Assembly: GCF_006345805.1 (NCBI RefSeq)
Contig: NC_043003.1
Coordinates: 13,640,001 to 13,704,000 of the forward strand
Length of the DNA: 64,000 nt
From: Octopus sinensis
Lineage: Eukaryota
Direction of reading: 5' to 3'
The stretch's first letter is position 1. Each line of letters opens with the position of its first letter. The position numbers and the translations under genes were made by a program. Positions 41,326-54,433 of the stretch are shown piece by piece. The notes under the pieces were generated by a model. It did no database searches and was not told where the DNA came from. It worked only from the letters and a program-made list of their open reading frames with translations.

Positions 41326-41497
41326 GTGGTGCTCTGATGGTTACTGTATCCTACTCAAAACACTTTCAATACAGTAACCATAAGAGCATCACAACAAATC
41401 ACAACACATACCCAAGGCACACAGAGCTGCACTCGGTAGTGAAATGAAAGCATGATATAAAAATAAAACTACTGAATAATAATAATAATAATAATAA
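41326..41497 (+). mobile_element. Dong/R4-like LINE 3' end in (TAA)n, with an inverted 5' piece
   Basis: ORF-end-like ILLKTLSIQ*, short UTR and (AAT)n tail, with (AAT)n also upstream; 41326-41349 is the inverted copy of 41369-41392. Clade assignment is inferred. Confidence 0.6.
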
Positions 41498-42568
41498 CAA
41501 TGTAATAAAATATCAAATGTTTTGGTGGCTGACTTTTGGCCCACTCTTTATAAGTATGTGAGTATATGTATATATAAATATACACACAGACACATATATA
41601 TACACAATGGGCTTCTTTCAGTTTCTCTCCACCAAAACCATTCACAAAGCATTAGTCAGTACTGTGCTACAAGAAAAGACATTTACTTGCCCAAGGTGCA
41701 AAACAGTGGACTGAACTTAGAACCATGTGGTTCGGAAGCAAACTTCCTACAAGGTAGCCACGCCTGTACCTAATTTCAAAATATTTATTATAATTATTGA
41801 AGTCATCGAATTAGGGAGCAGAAAAAGCTAGCCCTAGTTGTTCTATTACCTAAATAAATATCACCATGAAATCAAAGGATCTTTCTTTATATCACACACA
41901 AACAAAAAGAAAATGTATAGACTTTATCTGAAATGTATCCATCAATGGGTGATTAGCACTATTGTCTTCAGAGAGAGCATCTCTGGGCTAATATCTATAT
42001 CTACAATCAGATTTGGGCACAGGCATGAAGGCCACTAAAACCCTTATCATAGAGAATGCAGACAAGCGCTGCATCTAGAGTTAAACTATTTACAGATATA
42101 ACGCTGTTCTCATAATGGGACGTGATCCATAGATCGATCCATTGGTTCGTGGTGTTAGTCTTCAACCGCTGTCTCAACTAGGTTAGATATTAATAACTGC
42201 TGGCTTGTCTACAAATTAAAATATATTGAAGTTAGATGAACACGATCCGTTTCAAGTGTCACTGTTTGCACCGTGAAATATCAAACTTCCTTAGCTAAAG
42301 AGGACCAAGTAATTTATGAGAGGAAAATCACAAGAAAAGGTGTGTGTGTGTGTGTATACATATGTATACATATAAAACCTGTGACCACTACAATCTATAG
42401 GTTAAGTAGAAAAGGTAGTCAGAATTTGGATAAACCCCATTTATTGACTCCCTTCTCACATTAACATTTGTGTGTGTATGTATGAGTGTGTGTATATAAA
42501 TATATGCATACACACATATACACACATTCATTCATATACATACATATATATATCCATACATACATATG

Positions 42569-42609
<41 letters not shown>

Positions 42610-43093
42610 GTATACATATATATGTATATACAAATATACACATATATACATATGCATGTGTGTATGTGTTATATAAGACGATAAAGTTTAGTTAGTAATA
42701 ATTTTCAAATAGTAAAAGTTACCTTCATTTTATGGAAAACCATCTTGACCAGGGATCTTTAAATCATCCCAAGGTTTTCCGAACTAGGAGGGTTGGCAGT
42801 CCTACAAAATAAAGTAAAACGAAATTCAGTAAGAAGCTACTGAAGATGAGAAATAGATTGAATACGGAAACACATCTGCAAAGAAGTAAAACGGTCGATT
42901 AAAATAAGATGTGAATAGTTCCAAATAAATTGTCAGGGTGTATTTGATTGGTCGTTGATGAGAATGGTGGTATTGATTAATTAATTCTTTAATGAACTAT
43001 ACTGAAAGTTGATAGATCATGCAACTGTATTAGTATCATAATGCTAAAGAAGAAGAGCCCAAAATCCTCTCAAGAACTAGTTTTCATATAGAT

Positions 43094-43785
43094 CAGGGGT
43101 TCTCAACTTAGGACCATATATGTAGGTCTGATATAGATTTTTGTCATTAAAATTTTATCTGCAATAAATCAGTTATACTTCTACAATATACAAAATTTTA
43201 ATTTTTTTTTATACAATTCCTAATATTTAATTATAAAAATGGTTTTTTTTTTAAAGCGTTTAGCATTTAACCCTTTCGTTACCAAACCGGCTCTGGCTCT
43301 GAGTACAAATGTCTTGTTTTCGTAAGTATTGGATTAAAATCTTCTACCAAACCTTAGTCACAATTTATGTTCCTAAAACTAGCTTAATGATAACTAAGTT
43401 ATTTTACTAAATTCTTTGTTATATTTAAAGTAATTGAAAGAAACACAGAGCATCTCAACAGAAATACAGTAACGAAAGGGTTAAACCAGCTATATCTGGC
43501 CCAAATATTCTATCTGCATTTTGCCTTCAAACCAGCTAGATTTGACCTCTTAGACCTACCCAACAATGCAATTCTAATAAACAATCACATCATTGAAATC
43601 TCAGAGCTACGAGATAATGCATTGAAAACAATGTGAATAAACAAGCATTACACTTGACAATAATCCGAATGCTAAAGGTGCTGAAGGTATAAATATTGAA
43701 TAACTAGGAGAGTTCATTCAAATAAAACAGGAATCAAAGGGTCACAGGGTAAACCCCACCCCCCAAAAAAGGTTGAAAATCACTT
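43094..43785. mobile_element. hAT-like MITE containing a P2 MITE containing a P1 MITE
   Basis: Outer ends CAGGGGTTCTCAAC / GTTGAAAATCACTT with a degenerate 8-bp TSD (ATATAGAT/GTGTAGAT); inner P1 at 43271-43480 has a perfect TTAA duplication. Confidence 0.7.
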
Positions 43786-45456
43786 GTGTAGATATCAAGG
43801 GTGAGGTGCAATGGAGTAGATTTATCATGTTTTTGTAGACTCAAAAGAAGGGTAGAACACACAACTAAACCCTCACAAGTTTCCCTATTTAATTTAGAGG
43901 CTATTTAATTTAGTGGTTGTGCGATTAGGAAGCTTGCTTCCCAACCATATTGTTCTTGGTCAAGTGGATTTGGTAGATGGAAATTGAAAGAAGCCCATAA
44001 TGTGTGGGTATGTGTATGTTCCTTTATCTTGACACCACATGATGGTTATAAAAGAGCGTCACTGTCATATAAGCAGTGTCATTCAAATCCAATATTCTAT
44101 GAAAACATGTCTGGCCACAGGGAAATAAATATTACTTCGTTTCAAAACAGGTGAGGGTTGATGACAGGAAAAGCACCCAGTCACAGAAAATCTGCCTCCA
44201 ATAAACTTTGTCCGAACATGCAAGCATGTAAAAAAAAGTGGACATTGAAAAATGACGATGATGACAACGAGTGCTGTTACACCTAACTGTAGCAATGAAC
44301 TATTCCACTTTACCTACTTACAGTTTAGGTGAACTATAATCGAGAGAACTAAGTGTCTTGACCACAGTCCATTTCTTCTCGATTCCCTTATTACACCTTT
44401 CCCCGTTTCCATTCTTGTACTGACTGGATGGTTTTACGAATCTAAAGTATTAACAAGAACCGCTGGAGCGGAAGAGTTTACAATTGAATGCCCAGCCTAA
44501 CTGTAAAATAGTAAAAATATTGATTTCTCCAGTTTGGCTGATTGAAGCAAATACAACGACATGCTTTTATTAAGATTGTGATGAAAGTGGTAGAGTTTAT
44601 TTAAAAACACAGCCTTAAGGAGGGCTACTGCTGCAAACATTAGCTTTTTCGCCTGCTCTTCCTCACAGCAAACCAATTTACTCCACTTTTCAACTGTTTA
44701 TTCTCATTAAATGCTAACATGGAGTCACGGCTGGCTTCCTTGTATCCTTTTGTTTATATTTATTGGAGTCTACAGTCTAGTAACTATTCACCTATTGAAG
44801 GGTTAGAGTACAATTGTGAATGTTTAAAAAGATTTTATTTCAGAATTTAAGTATTATTTTCAAACTCAGATTCTTCTTGACTTTTTAAATTTAAACTTCA
44901 AACAAAATTTAATACAAAGCAAAAATTCAAATTGGAGAGGGAAAAAAAAAAAAAAGGAAAACAAACAGAAAAATTATTTTTCTAATTGAATTTCAAAATC
45001 AAGTTTATATTCTAGACTTCATGTTTTAGTTGTTGAAAATGTCTCAATTATATTAATTTGATATGTTAAACTGAAATAAAACATGTGAATTGAAATCCTC
45101 AGTCTTGGAGAAATATCAGAAAGAATGAGATCACTGCACTTTTATATTGTCTGATGTTCTGAAAGTTGGTAAACACAATGGTACTTGTAAGTCATAATCT
45201 TTTGAAAGGTTAATTATAATTAAATCTCATGAATGTTTAATTCAATACCTGATACATTTGCTATAGTCAGGTAGACCATTCCAAAGAGTTTCACAAACCT
45301 TGTGGCAAGCTCAGTAATGCAGTATTCTAAGTGCTAAAACCTACGATCTATGTGGATTACAAATATCAATCATGAACATTCTCAGACTGCATTTAGCCAA
45401 TAATTTCAGAGAAATAGACACTGCCATGAGACATAGTGTGCATGTTTATGTGCGTG

Positions 45457-45508
<52 letters not shown>

Positions 45509-45584
45509 AGCAAAACGTCCCTCTCCTCGTCCAATGGACAGTGCTGAGTTGTCAAACATTTAAACCAAATTTTCACAAACCAGC

Positions 45585-45900
45585 TTGTCTGACCGTCTCA
45601 TAAGCCTCCCCCTTTGAGAAACACTGATTTAACCTAAATTTGAGACACTAGCAAAAGAAGAAATAATGATAGACTTTTTTTTTCTATTCCAAGAAAAACG
45701 ATTTTACAAATGCACATTCCCACAGCTACATCAATCGCATTCTCACCTGGAATTGATTTTTGCAATTTTTTCAAGACTTATACACGCCCTGATACCATCA
45801 GTATCTACATATCAAATTTGAGCACAATCGGATGGAGGATGCCCGAGATCCTATAAGACATACACACACACACAGAACAGATTTTATATAATATATATAT
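45585..45900 (-). mobile_element. Possible Helitron-like non-autonomous element
   Basis: Minus strand begins TATATAAAATCTGTTCTGTGTGTGT..., the typical Helitron 5' pattern of TA-run plus microsatellite; 3' end not confirmed. Confidence 0.35.
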
Positions 45901-45939
45901 ATATATATATAATATATATATATATATGTAAATGTAAAA

Positions 45940-46065
45940 AAATACAAACTGGGATAAGAACGTGAAACATTTAGAAGACGATACAAAAAACACGGACGGG
46001 ACATTCGAAGCCTTCAATCTTCAGTCAAGAACCGGATCATCTTCGCAATTTCGGCTGATTAATCA
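45940..46065 (-). repeat. Short (TA)n-embedded dispersed repeat (Penelope-like?)
   Basis: Near-identical to 51962-52090; diverged copy at ~27225-27355. Confidence 0.6.
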
Positions 46066-48126
46066 CATATATATATGAAATCTGGGGTCTTTCTCAAGCC
46101 AGCATAAATAATCGGTGGTCTTTATCAAACCAGACTGCGATAATTATTTTTGTATAGATTTGCAAATAAAATCTAGATAAAAATATATGTCTGGGAGTGC
46201 GTATGTGTCTGGGGCTACTGGTTGTCCGACAGCAAAGGCCATTGTTCAGATACAGAAAACTGCGATCCTCACATTTTGCCCGACATGCTAATGTTTCTTA
46301 TTTCTTTATTGCCCACAAGGGGCTAAACATAGAGGGGACAAACAAGGACAGACAAAGGGATTAGGTCAATTACATCAACCCCAGTACATAACTGGTGCCG
46401 AAAGGATGAAAGGCAAAGTCGACCTCGGCGGAATTTGAACTCAAATGTAACAGCAAATGAAACATCGCTAAGCATTTCACCCAGCTCGCTACCTTCAATT
46501 ACTGTCACCTTTATTAATTACATATATGATGGACTCTCCCGTTGAAGACGACATATGAGAGTTCAGCTTTTGTTTACAATGATCCAATGTATGTGCTGTG
46601 CATCAGCTCACTCTCTCTCCATCGAATTGGCATTGTGTCCAAACATCAGATGCTGAAATGATTGCAGAGCAACATGAAATGAAGTGTTTTGCTCAAGAAC
46701 ACAATGTACCACCTGCAGGAATTGAACCAAAGATCTGTTAATTATGAGTGCAATACCCTAGCTACCAGGCCACATGCTTATTGGTTAGGGTGTTTACATT
46801 CACTCACGATATACATATATGTTTTATAAACAAACTTAGAAGCACCGAATGAGTTGGTATTTTATAGAAAATAAATTAAAAATCCCGAAAGCAGAATGGC
46901 CGTGAAAACAGCTTAGAAGAAAGTCTACAGAGTAATTTTGTTGTACCTTGGGAAGGTCATTGTGCCAATAATAGACTCATGTATTGTTTCTATTTCACTT
47001 CTCTTATTATTATTATTATTAGCCAGTTTGTTAACATTTAACCAGTTATCTAACTGACTTTGATTAATCATTCAATCAATTAATCAGCAATATTTACCGA
47101 AATCCTTTCATCATACTTTGCAACCTCATCAATGATATAACCCCTCTATTCCAGGTTTCTGTTAATAGGTTAAATGATAACCAATTGACTAACAATAAAA
47201 GAAGTGAAATAAAATCAGTGTGTGTGTTTACTGGCATAATGACCCTCCAAAAATATAATAAAATGTTTCATGGTTGGCATTAGGAAGGGCATCCAGCTGT
47301 AGAAACCATGCCAAATTAGACAGGAGTCTGGTGCAGCCTTCCAGCTTGCCAGCCCTGGACAATGGACATATGATGATGATGGTATGGGATCATCTCAAGA
47401 TCATGCAATCCAAGGATAAAAATGAAATGTTCTAAGTTCTATAGAGTAAAATGAAATCCAAAATTCCAGAAAGAAAATCGGGAATATCTTTACCAGTTGA
47501 AAAATACAGCAAAATTAAAACTAAAAGACTGAACCACCTAAAGCAACATAACACAAGCCCAGTTTAAAAGAAATAAACTCAATTAAGATACAAAACCCTT
47601 CTTTTTCAAAATGAAAGCATTGTTTAAGTATAAAATTTAAGTGAATTTAATACAAAAGATTCTGTGAAATAAAAATTATCCCTACAAAATTTATTTAAAA
47701 CGGCACCCAAAAACATTGCATTTATAGAATAGGGGGTTAAATTGAAAATTTTAATCTCAAAATTTACTTAACATCAAGTTCTTAGAAACAATTGCTTCTA
47801 GCAGGCCTTGCATAGAAGCACTTAATTCTGATTTGATTATTTTGAAATTAGTATCTGTGAAATTGGAAATTCTAATGCATTATATTACCGCTGCAAGCTG
47901 GCAGAACCATTAGCACATTGGGTGAAATGCTCAGCAGGATTTTGTCTGTCCTTACATTCCGAGTTCAAATTCCACCACAGTCGACTGCCTTTCATCCTAT
48001 CAGGGCCGATAAAATAAGCACTGGTTGAACACTGGGGTTGATTGTAATTGACTTTGGTATGAGTATAAAAAAAAACTGCACCCCTCTACCAAGCCATGTT
48101 GAGCCAGTGCGACAGAGTAGGCTCAC

Positions 48127-48420
48127 CTTCTTCTTCTTCTTCTTCTTACAGCATTCACCCGGGGTGGGTTGAGCTGGCTTCATTCATCCTCAATGCTGCA
48201 TCTCTCGCAAACGCCGACCTGGCCTGGCGATTTGAGGCTAATGACTTCGTGATCTCCAACCACTCCTTATTCCAGCAGCGATATGAGGGCCTAGGTTGGG
48301 TTCCAGATCAGCCTTGACTGTCGTCAGCCAGGTTTTTCATTGTCCACTACTACATCGCTTTCCTTCAAATATTCCTCAGAGAAGGCTCACCAAACCAATA
48401 TGATCTGAAGCTCAAATTCA
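48127..48420 (-). mobile_element. RTE-clade LINE 3' remnant (SR2/SR3-like), (AAG)n tail
   Basis: Minus-strand translation KRCSSGQ*KTWLTTVKADLEPNLGP / WNKEWLEITKSLASNRQARSAFARD..EASSTHPG*, then (AAG)n. Confidence 0.7.
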
Positions 48421-48574
48421 CAAACTCCACATCAGACCGTGGTTGGTGGAGAAATTATGCTGAGGCAATCCAATTCGATATTACTGTATTTAATGGCATA
48501 CAAAGTCTAAGTTTTTAGCCCCACTTCCTCACTAAAAAATGCCTTAAAAAAAATAATAAAAGGAATAAAAGAAT

Positions 48575-48995
48575 AGGCGCAGGAGTGGCTGTGTGGTAAG
48601 TAGCTTGCTAACCAACCACATGGTTCCGGGTTCAGTCCCACTGCGTGGCACCTTGGGCAAGTGTCTTCTGCTATAGCCCTGGGCCGACCAATGCCTTGAG
48701 AGTGGATTTGGTAGATGGAAACTGAAAGAAGCCCGTTGTATATATGTATATATATGTGTGTGTGCGTGTATGTTTGTGTGTCTGTGTTTGTCCCCCTAGC
48801 ATTGCTTGACAACCGATGCTGGTGTGTTTACGTCCCCGTTACTTAGCGGTTCGGCAAAAGAGACTGATAGAATAAGTATTGGGCTTACAAAAGAATAAGT
48901 CCCGGGGTCGAGTTGCTCGATTAAAGGCGGTGCTCCAGCATGGCCGCAGTCAAGTGACTGAAACAAGTAAAAGAATAAAAGAAAGAATAAAAGAA
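48575..48995 (+). mobile_element. Family A SINE, best-preserved copy
   Basis: AGGCGCAGGAGTGGCTGTGTGGTAAG, GGTTCAGTCCC, CORE-like CTTGGGCAAGTG, central (TA)/(TG), tail AAGTAAAAGAATAAAAG; GAATAAAAGAA on both sides. Confidence 0.92.
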
Positions 48996-49387
48996 AACAA
49001 AAACCACACCGAGTCCTATATGTGAAGTTATGCCTTTATTACAAGCTTTTTTCCCTGAATATGCATTGCAGAAATTTGCATGCATCTAATACGTTTGTGC
49101 ATTTTTATGTTATCAAATGCAGTAAATTTTACCATTTAGCTGAAATCAGAATTGGTACATTTTTACCCACTTGAAGTCCAATTGACCTAGTAACTGATTC
49201 CAACTCCAACTTCAGAGCCATGGTAACTAGATGACGTTAGAGAAGGCAGTTATCAATAGAGTTGTCAACCACGTGGAAATAAACTAAACATCTTCAAGAA
49301 TGATAAACAGAAGCTACTGTTTGGAAACTTTAGGTGAGCATGCATGCGTGCGTGCGTGCGTGTGTGTGTGTGTGTGTGCGTGCGTGC

Positions 49388-49424
<37 letters not shown>

Positions 49425-50276
49425 GTGTGTGTGTGTGTGTTGCTATGATTGTTATTTTATACCTGTTTACCATGTTCACATGCATTGGCCTGCTTGTTAG
49501 GTTTCACGGCAATTCTCTTACTCATGTAGTGTATACATGTTCTCGGATACACTTACACACATTTATGTATACCTGCTTGTTATTAAGAAGCTCACAGAAT
49601 CATAATTCCATTTCTATCTTCGACCACTGCCCTACATAGAAAGTAAACACCGTAAAACACGGACACACAGACACACATGAGAAATAATCAGATTGGGCAA
49701 AGTATTGACCAGCTATTAAACATAATGCTGTGCAGCTTTCTCGTTTTCCGACAGTTACTATGACGAGACAGCCTCAAATCATCTGTACCAACTGGTGAAT
49801 AGGTAGCAGATGAACGTTAAATCAAAGCAGAGATGTCTCCAAACTATTATGGCACGAAAGGATTAGTTTAACAAACATACACAGCAGTGATATATGTGTG
49901 TGTATACACACACGGCAAGTTATAAATACAATTTAGCATTAAACTGAAGAATTACACCATCCCTTTTTTGCAGAGTTCTAATTTATTACACTTTTACAAG
50001 AGAAAGTGACAGTAATACATGGTTTACCACACAGGAGTGGCTGTGTGGTAAGTAGCTTGCTTACCAACCACATGGTTCCGGGTTCATTCCCACTGTGTGG
50101 CACCTTGGGCAAATGTCTTCTACTATAGCCTTGGGCTGACCAAAGCCTTGTGAGTGGATTTGGTAGACGGAAACTGAAAGAAGCCCGTCATATATATGTA
50201 TGGAGATAAAGTGTACATTACCTCTCCGGTGGCAAATTGAACCGCAATCTCCTATGTAACACATGGGGACACTTAC

Positions 50277-50333
<57 letters not shown>

Positions 50334-50340
50334 ATATATA

Positions 50341-50842
50341 TTCCTATCTAGGCACAAGGCCTGAAATTTTGGGGGAGGGACGCCAGTCAATTAGATCGAC
50401 CTAAGTGGAATTTGAACTCAGAATGTAAAGACAGATGAAATACCTATTTCTTTACTACCCACAAGGGGCTAAACACAGAGAGGGCAAACAAGGACAGACA
50501 AACGGATTGAGCCGATTATATCGACCCCAGTTCGTAACTGGTACTTATTTAATCAACCCTGAAAGGATGAAAGGCAAAGTCGACCTTGGCGGAATTTGAA
50601 CTCAGAACATAGTGGCACACGAAATACCTATTTCTTTACGACCCACAGGGGGCTAAACACAGAAAGGACAAACGGATTAAGTCGATTAAATCAACCTCGG
50701 TGTGTAACTGGTACTTATTTAATCGACCCCGAAAGGATGAAAGGCAAAGTCGACCTCGTTGGAATTTGAACTCAGAATGTGAAGACAGACGAAATACTGC
50801 TAAGCATTTCGCCCAGCGTGCTAGCGTTTCTGCCAGCTCACT
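50341..50842 (-). mobile_element. Three stacked family B SINE segments
   Basis: GGAATTTGAACTCAGAA...GAAATAC occurs three times, twice followed directly by a new tail CTATTTCTTTAC. Confidence 0.8.
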
Positions 50843-52086
50843 AATATTACCAAGTCTGAACTCTTCTAAAACACTAATAAACCAACCATTGCCAGCACAT
50901 ACCGTTTCTGTTTTCCATCCCATTCTGGATTTTACCCTGAGATATATGTCAGTTTTATTAAGTAGTGAGCACACACTGTTCCCAAGCAGACAACCACTAC
51001 CTCCACCTCCACCACCATAACCACTGCCATCTCCATCACCATTTGACAGTTATTCCACCACCTCACTGGGTAAATACTTGTTAAGAATTCGGTCTCAATC
51101 TTTTACAGCCATTAGGAATACAATATTCCCTGGCTGCCCAGTTTATAGAAAAGTATAACTTACTAACATCTTGATAAAATTCACTTTGCTGTAAACCAGG
51201 TTGTTTTCATGATAGAGAAGCAAATGTGGGTTAGTTTTAACAGGTTATATGTGTCAGCAAACAAAGGAACCACTACGTGGTGGCTCAGCTGCTAGAAACA
51301 GCAACCAAATGTCTTAAAAATCACACAACTTAGAATTAAAAAAAAAATAGCAGAACTCAATGGTCAATGCGAATCTAGCAGTATATACACACACGTGGAG
51401 ACACAATGGCCCAATGGTTTGAGTAGTGGACCTGTGGTCAAAGGATCGCAGTTTCAATTCCCAGACCGGGCAGTGTGAGTGTTTATTGAGTGCAAACACC
51501 TAAAGCTCCAAGAGGCTCTGGCAGGGAGTGGTGGTGAACCCTGCTGTACTCTTTCACTACAACTTTCTCTCATTCTTTCTTCATGTTTCTGTTGTACATG
51601 TATTTCAAAGGGCCAGCTTTGTCACACTCTGTATCACACTGAATCTCCCCAAGAACTACATTAAGAGTACACGTGTCTGTGGAGTGCTCAGCCACTTGCA
51701 TGGTAATTTCACGAGCAGGCTGCTCCATTGATTGGATCAACTGGAACCCTCATCATTGTAACTGACGGAGTGCCACGACGACACACACACACACACACAC
51801 ACACATATATCCCTAAATATACACATGTATTGCAATTTTTTCTGATTTTTTTTCAGATTCTTTATATATGCTAGGCTACTGATATTAAATTGATATTGAT
51901 TAAATTTTCAATTTATCACCTTCGTTATTTAAATATATATATATATATATATGTTAAAGTTAAAAAAATATACAAACTGGGACAAGAACGTGAAACATTT
52001 AGAAGACGAAACAAAAAACACAGACGGGACATTCGAAGCCTTCAATTTCAGTCAAGAACCGGATCATCTTCGCAATTTCGGCTGAT

Positions 52087-52125
<39 letters not shown>

Positions 52126-52128
<3 letters not shown>

Positions 52129-52384
52129 TCAGGGATCTAAGTGTAAGAAGTGATGGTAGGTATAGAGAAGAAAAAGTGGGCAGTACAATATGATAAGCTA
52201 GCTAAGAAACATATATGTGTTAAATAGAACCTTGCATGGATTGTGAATATATGAATCACAGAGAGCATCAATCCTATTGCCAATTAGCTTTAAACCCTGG
52301 TATCCAAGGAACTGTAAATAGGACAAGACGTGTTTTTTCTACATAGAAGCAAAATGAAGCACCTGCAGTACATTTGAACTGACA
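52126..52384. repeat. ~260-bp segment duplicated at 59553-59809
   Basis: Direct repeat GATTCAGGGATCTAAG...CATTTGAAC.GACA; both copies follow (TA)n. Confidence 0.9.
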
Positions 52385-52769
52385 ATCCTTAAATAAGTAG
52401 TTTGATACCTTATCCCATCAGCCTTTTATCTTCCACTGATAAAAACGGAAATACTAAATCCTACCTACATAACTCTCTCTTTACTCTTTTACTCATTTAC
52501 TTGTTTCAGTCATTTGACTGTGGCCATGCTGGAGCACCGCCTTTAGTCGAGCAAAGAAAATGGATATAGAGTGTTCGGTAGGTGCTGTTTGAAAAAGTTT
52601 GCGTCCATGGCAAGGTGAGAATCCTCAGGAAAATATTAGATAGTTGAAAAGAACAAAGTGGATGGCACTGCAGGTAGCAAGCCCATTACCCACACAAGAT
52701 TCCAGAAGTTCTGACAAAATCCGAGTTAAAAGAATACAACAACAATAATGAGCATCATAGCCATGTATT

Positions 52770-53092
52770 GAGAGGAATTCCTTGGGGTTTAGAAAATTCA
52801 CCTTTGGAAACATGGGTGTTTCGTTCAACATCCTAAAACAATCCTTATTCAGGGACGTTTTGAGTGGAATGGGCTACTCGACCAGAAGAAAATTCTAACT
52901 TGGGCCCCACCTGCAAGGTCATGTGCTGTTTATCTTGATATGAGATCACCATGCCGTGCATATATGGTTGTGATGCATGTGCCTCATGTACTCTTATCAG
53001 ATGAGTAGTCATGATGGGTATACTGGGCTTCATATATTTTACTCCAGTGTCATTTTGATGGCATGCACTGCTCTCTCAATCAATAATAATAA
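52770..53092 (+). mobile_element. Probable non-LTR retroelement 3' end with an (AAT)n tail
   Basis: Ends GCACTGCTCTCTCAATCAATAATAATAAT; resembles a common cephalopod repeat; no ORF. Confidence 0.4.
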
Positions 53093-53557
53093 TTTTGATT
53101 TTGAGAAGAGTCAATAGAACTGGAGAGAGAAAGTTGACAGGAGCCATGGTCATTAGTTGTGACCCACCCCTGGTCAAAAGATATTGATATACAATGAGTC
53201 TGAGAAATATGATGATAATAACAATAATGCTTTTAGCAATAGGCACAAAGCCTGAAATCTGATGGGTAGGGGAAGTGTGGGTTAGTGCAGTGGTTCCCAA
53301 ACATTTTTGGGGCTGCCCCCTCCTCCCAACACTCAAACCACATTCCTAGCACCATCCCCACTCATCACCACAAATATAGACCATTTTCAGCAGCAAATTA
53401 TTCAAAACAACAGTATTTCACAAATAAAACTTAACCTAATCAACCCATTTTAAATTTTTTTCTTTTTTGGGTGGGTGGGTGGTTCTTTTGGGGGAGAGTC
53501 TTATCAATTCTCCATCATCCAGAAGGATTAGATCAATCAGTAGACCAGAGCCCAACA

Positions 53558-53835
53558 TTTTTTTTTAAAGCATTTGCTCATTACAAGGTCCTTAGACCAC
53601 TGAAAACATAAGAGCAACTAGAATAAAATGGACGCTGGACAGAAGTCAATAGGTGACAATGTATATTAAAAGACTTAAAAGACCGGAGGCCGTATTGAAG
53701 AGGAAGAACAAGACTGTGGAAGGGAATTCCCAAGTTCAGAGGTTTGAGGGAAGAAACTGGTTCTGTAAAATGCTTTACAACACTTAGGAGGATGCACAGT
53801 ATACTGATGAGAACTGGATGCCCGAGAAACAAATT
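53558..53835 (-). mobile_element. CR1-group LINE 3' remnant
   Basis: FYRTSFFPQTSELGNSLP / VLPLQYGLRSFKS matches the SFFPRT..LWNSLP...FK C-terminal signature; A-rich tail. Confidence 0.7.
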
Positions 53836-54393
53836 ATATTTTTATCAACCTGGAAAGAAGGTATGGTACAGTTGACCACAACAGGATTTGAACTCAGAAT
53901 GCAAGGCATTGGCAGAAACAGCTCAAGGCATTTTCTCTAGAGCTCTAACAATGCTGCCATTTAATTTTTCTTTCAGTTTATTTATTTTCATCTAATTGTT
54001 TCAGTCATTAGACTACGGCCATGCTGGGGCACCGCCTTGCATTTTTAGTCAAATGATTCAACCCCAGTACTTATATTTTAAAACCTGGTACTTATTCTAT
54101 CAGTCTCTTTTGCTGAACTGCTAAGTTACTGGGATGCGAACACACCAGCACCAAATGTCAAGAAGTGGTGGTGGTGATGGTGAGACAAACACAGAGATTA
54201 TATATATATATATATATATATATATCAAAAGGATGTGTTACAGTACCCATTCCACATACACAAAAACAGCCATACCAACAATCCAACATAGCCCCATCAT
54301 CAGCTGCCTCATGGATATCATTATAGTTTCAACACCTGAGCAGTACCATTCAATCCAGCAGTGTCAACAGCACTAAGATAAGTGTTGTTTGGG

Positions 54394-54433
<40 letters not shown>

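Noticed and set aside
42840-42880. CTGAAGA...GAAAC hammerhead-like spacing
   Set aside because: No stem II pairing and no stem I or cleavage triplet.
45995-46065. Minus-strand CTGAAGA-TTGAAGGCTTC-GAAT as a hammerhead
   Set aside because: GAAA is missing, the stem II loop is too short, and the core is not kept in the 52025 copy.
48575-48650. tRNA-like sequences with A/B boxes
   Set aside because: They are SINE heads continuing into CORE-like bodies; no complete cloverleaf seen.
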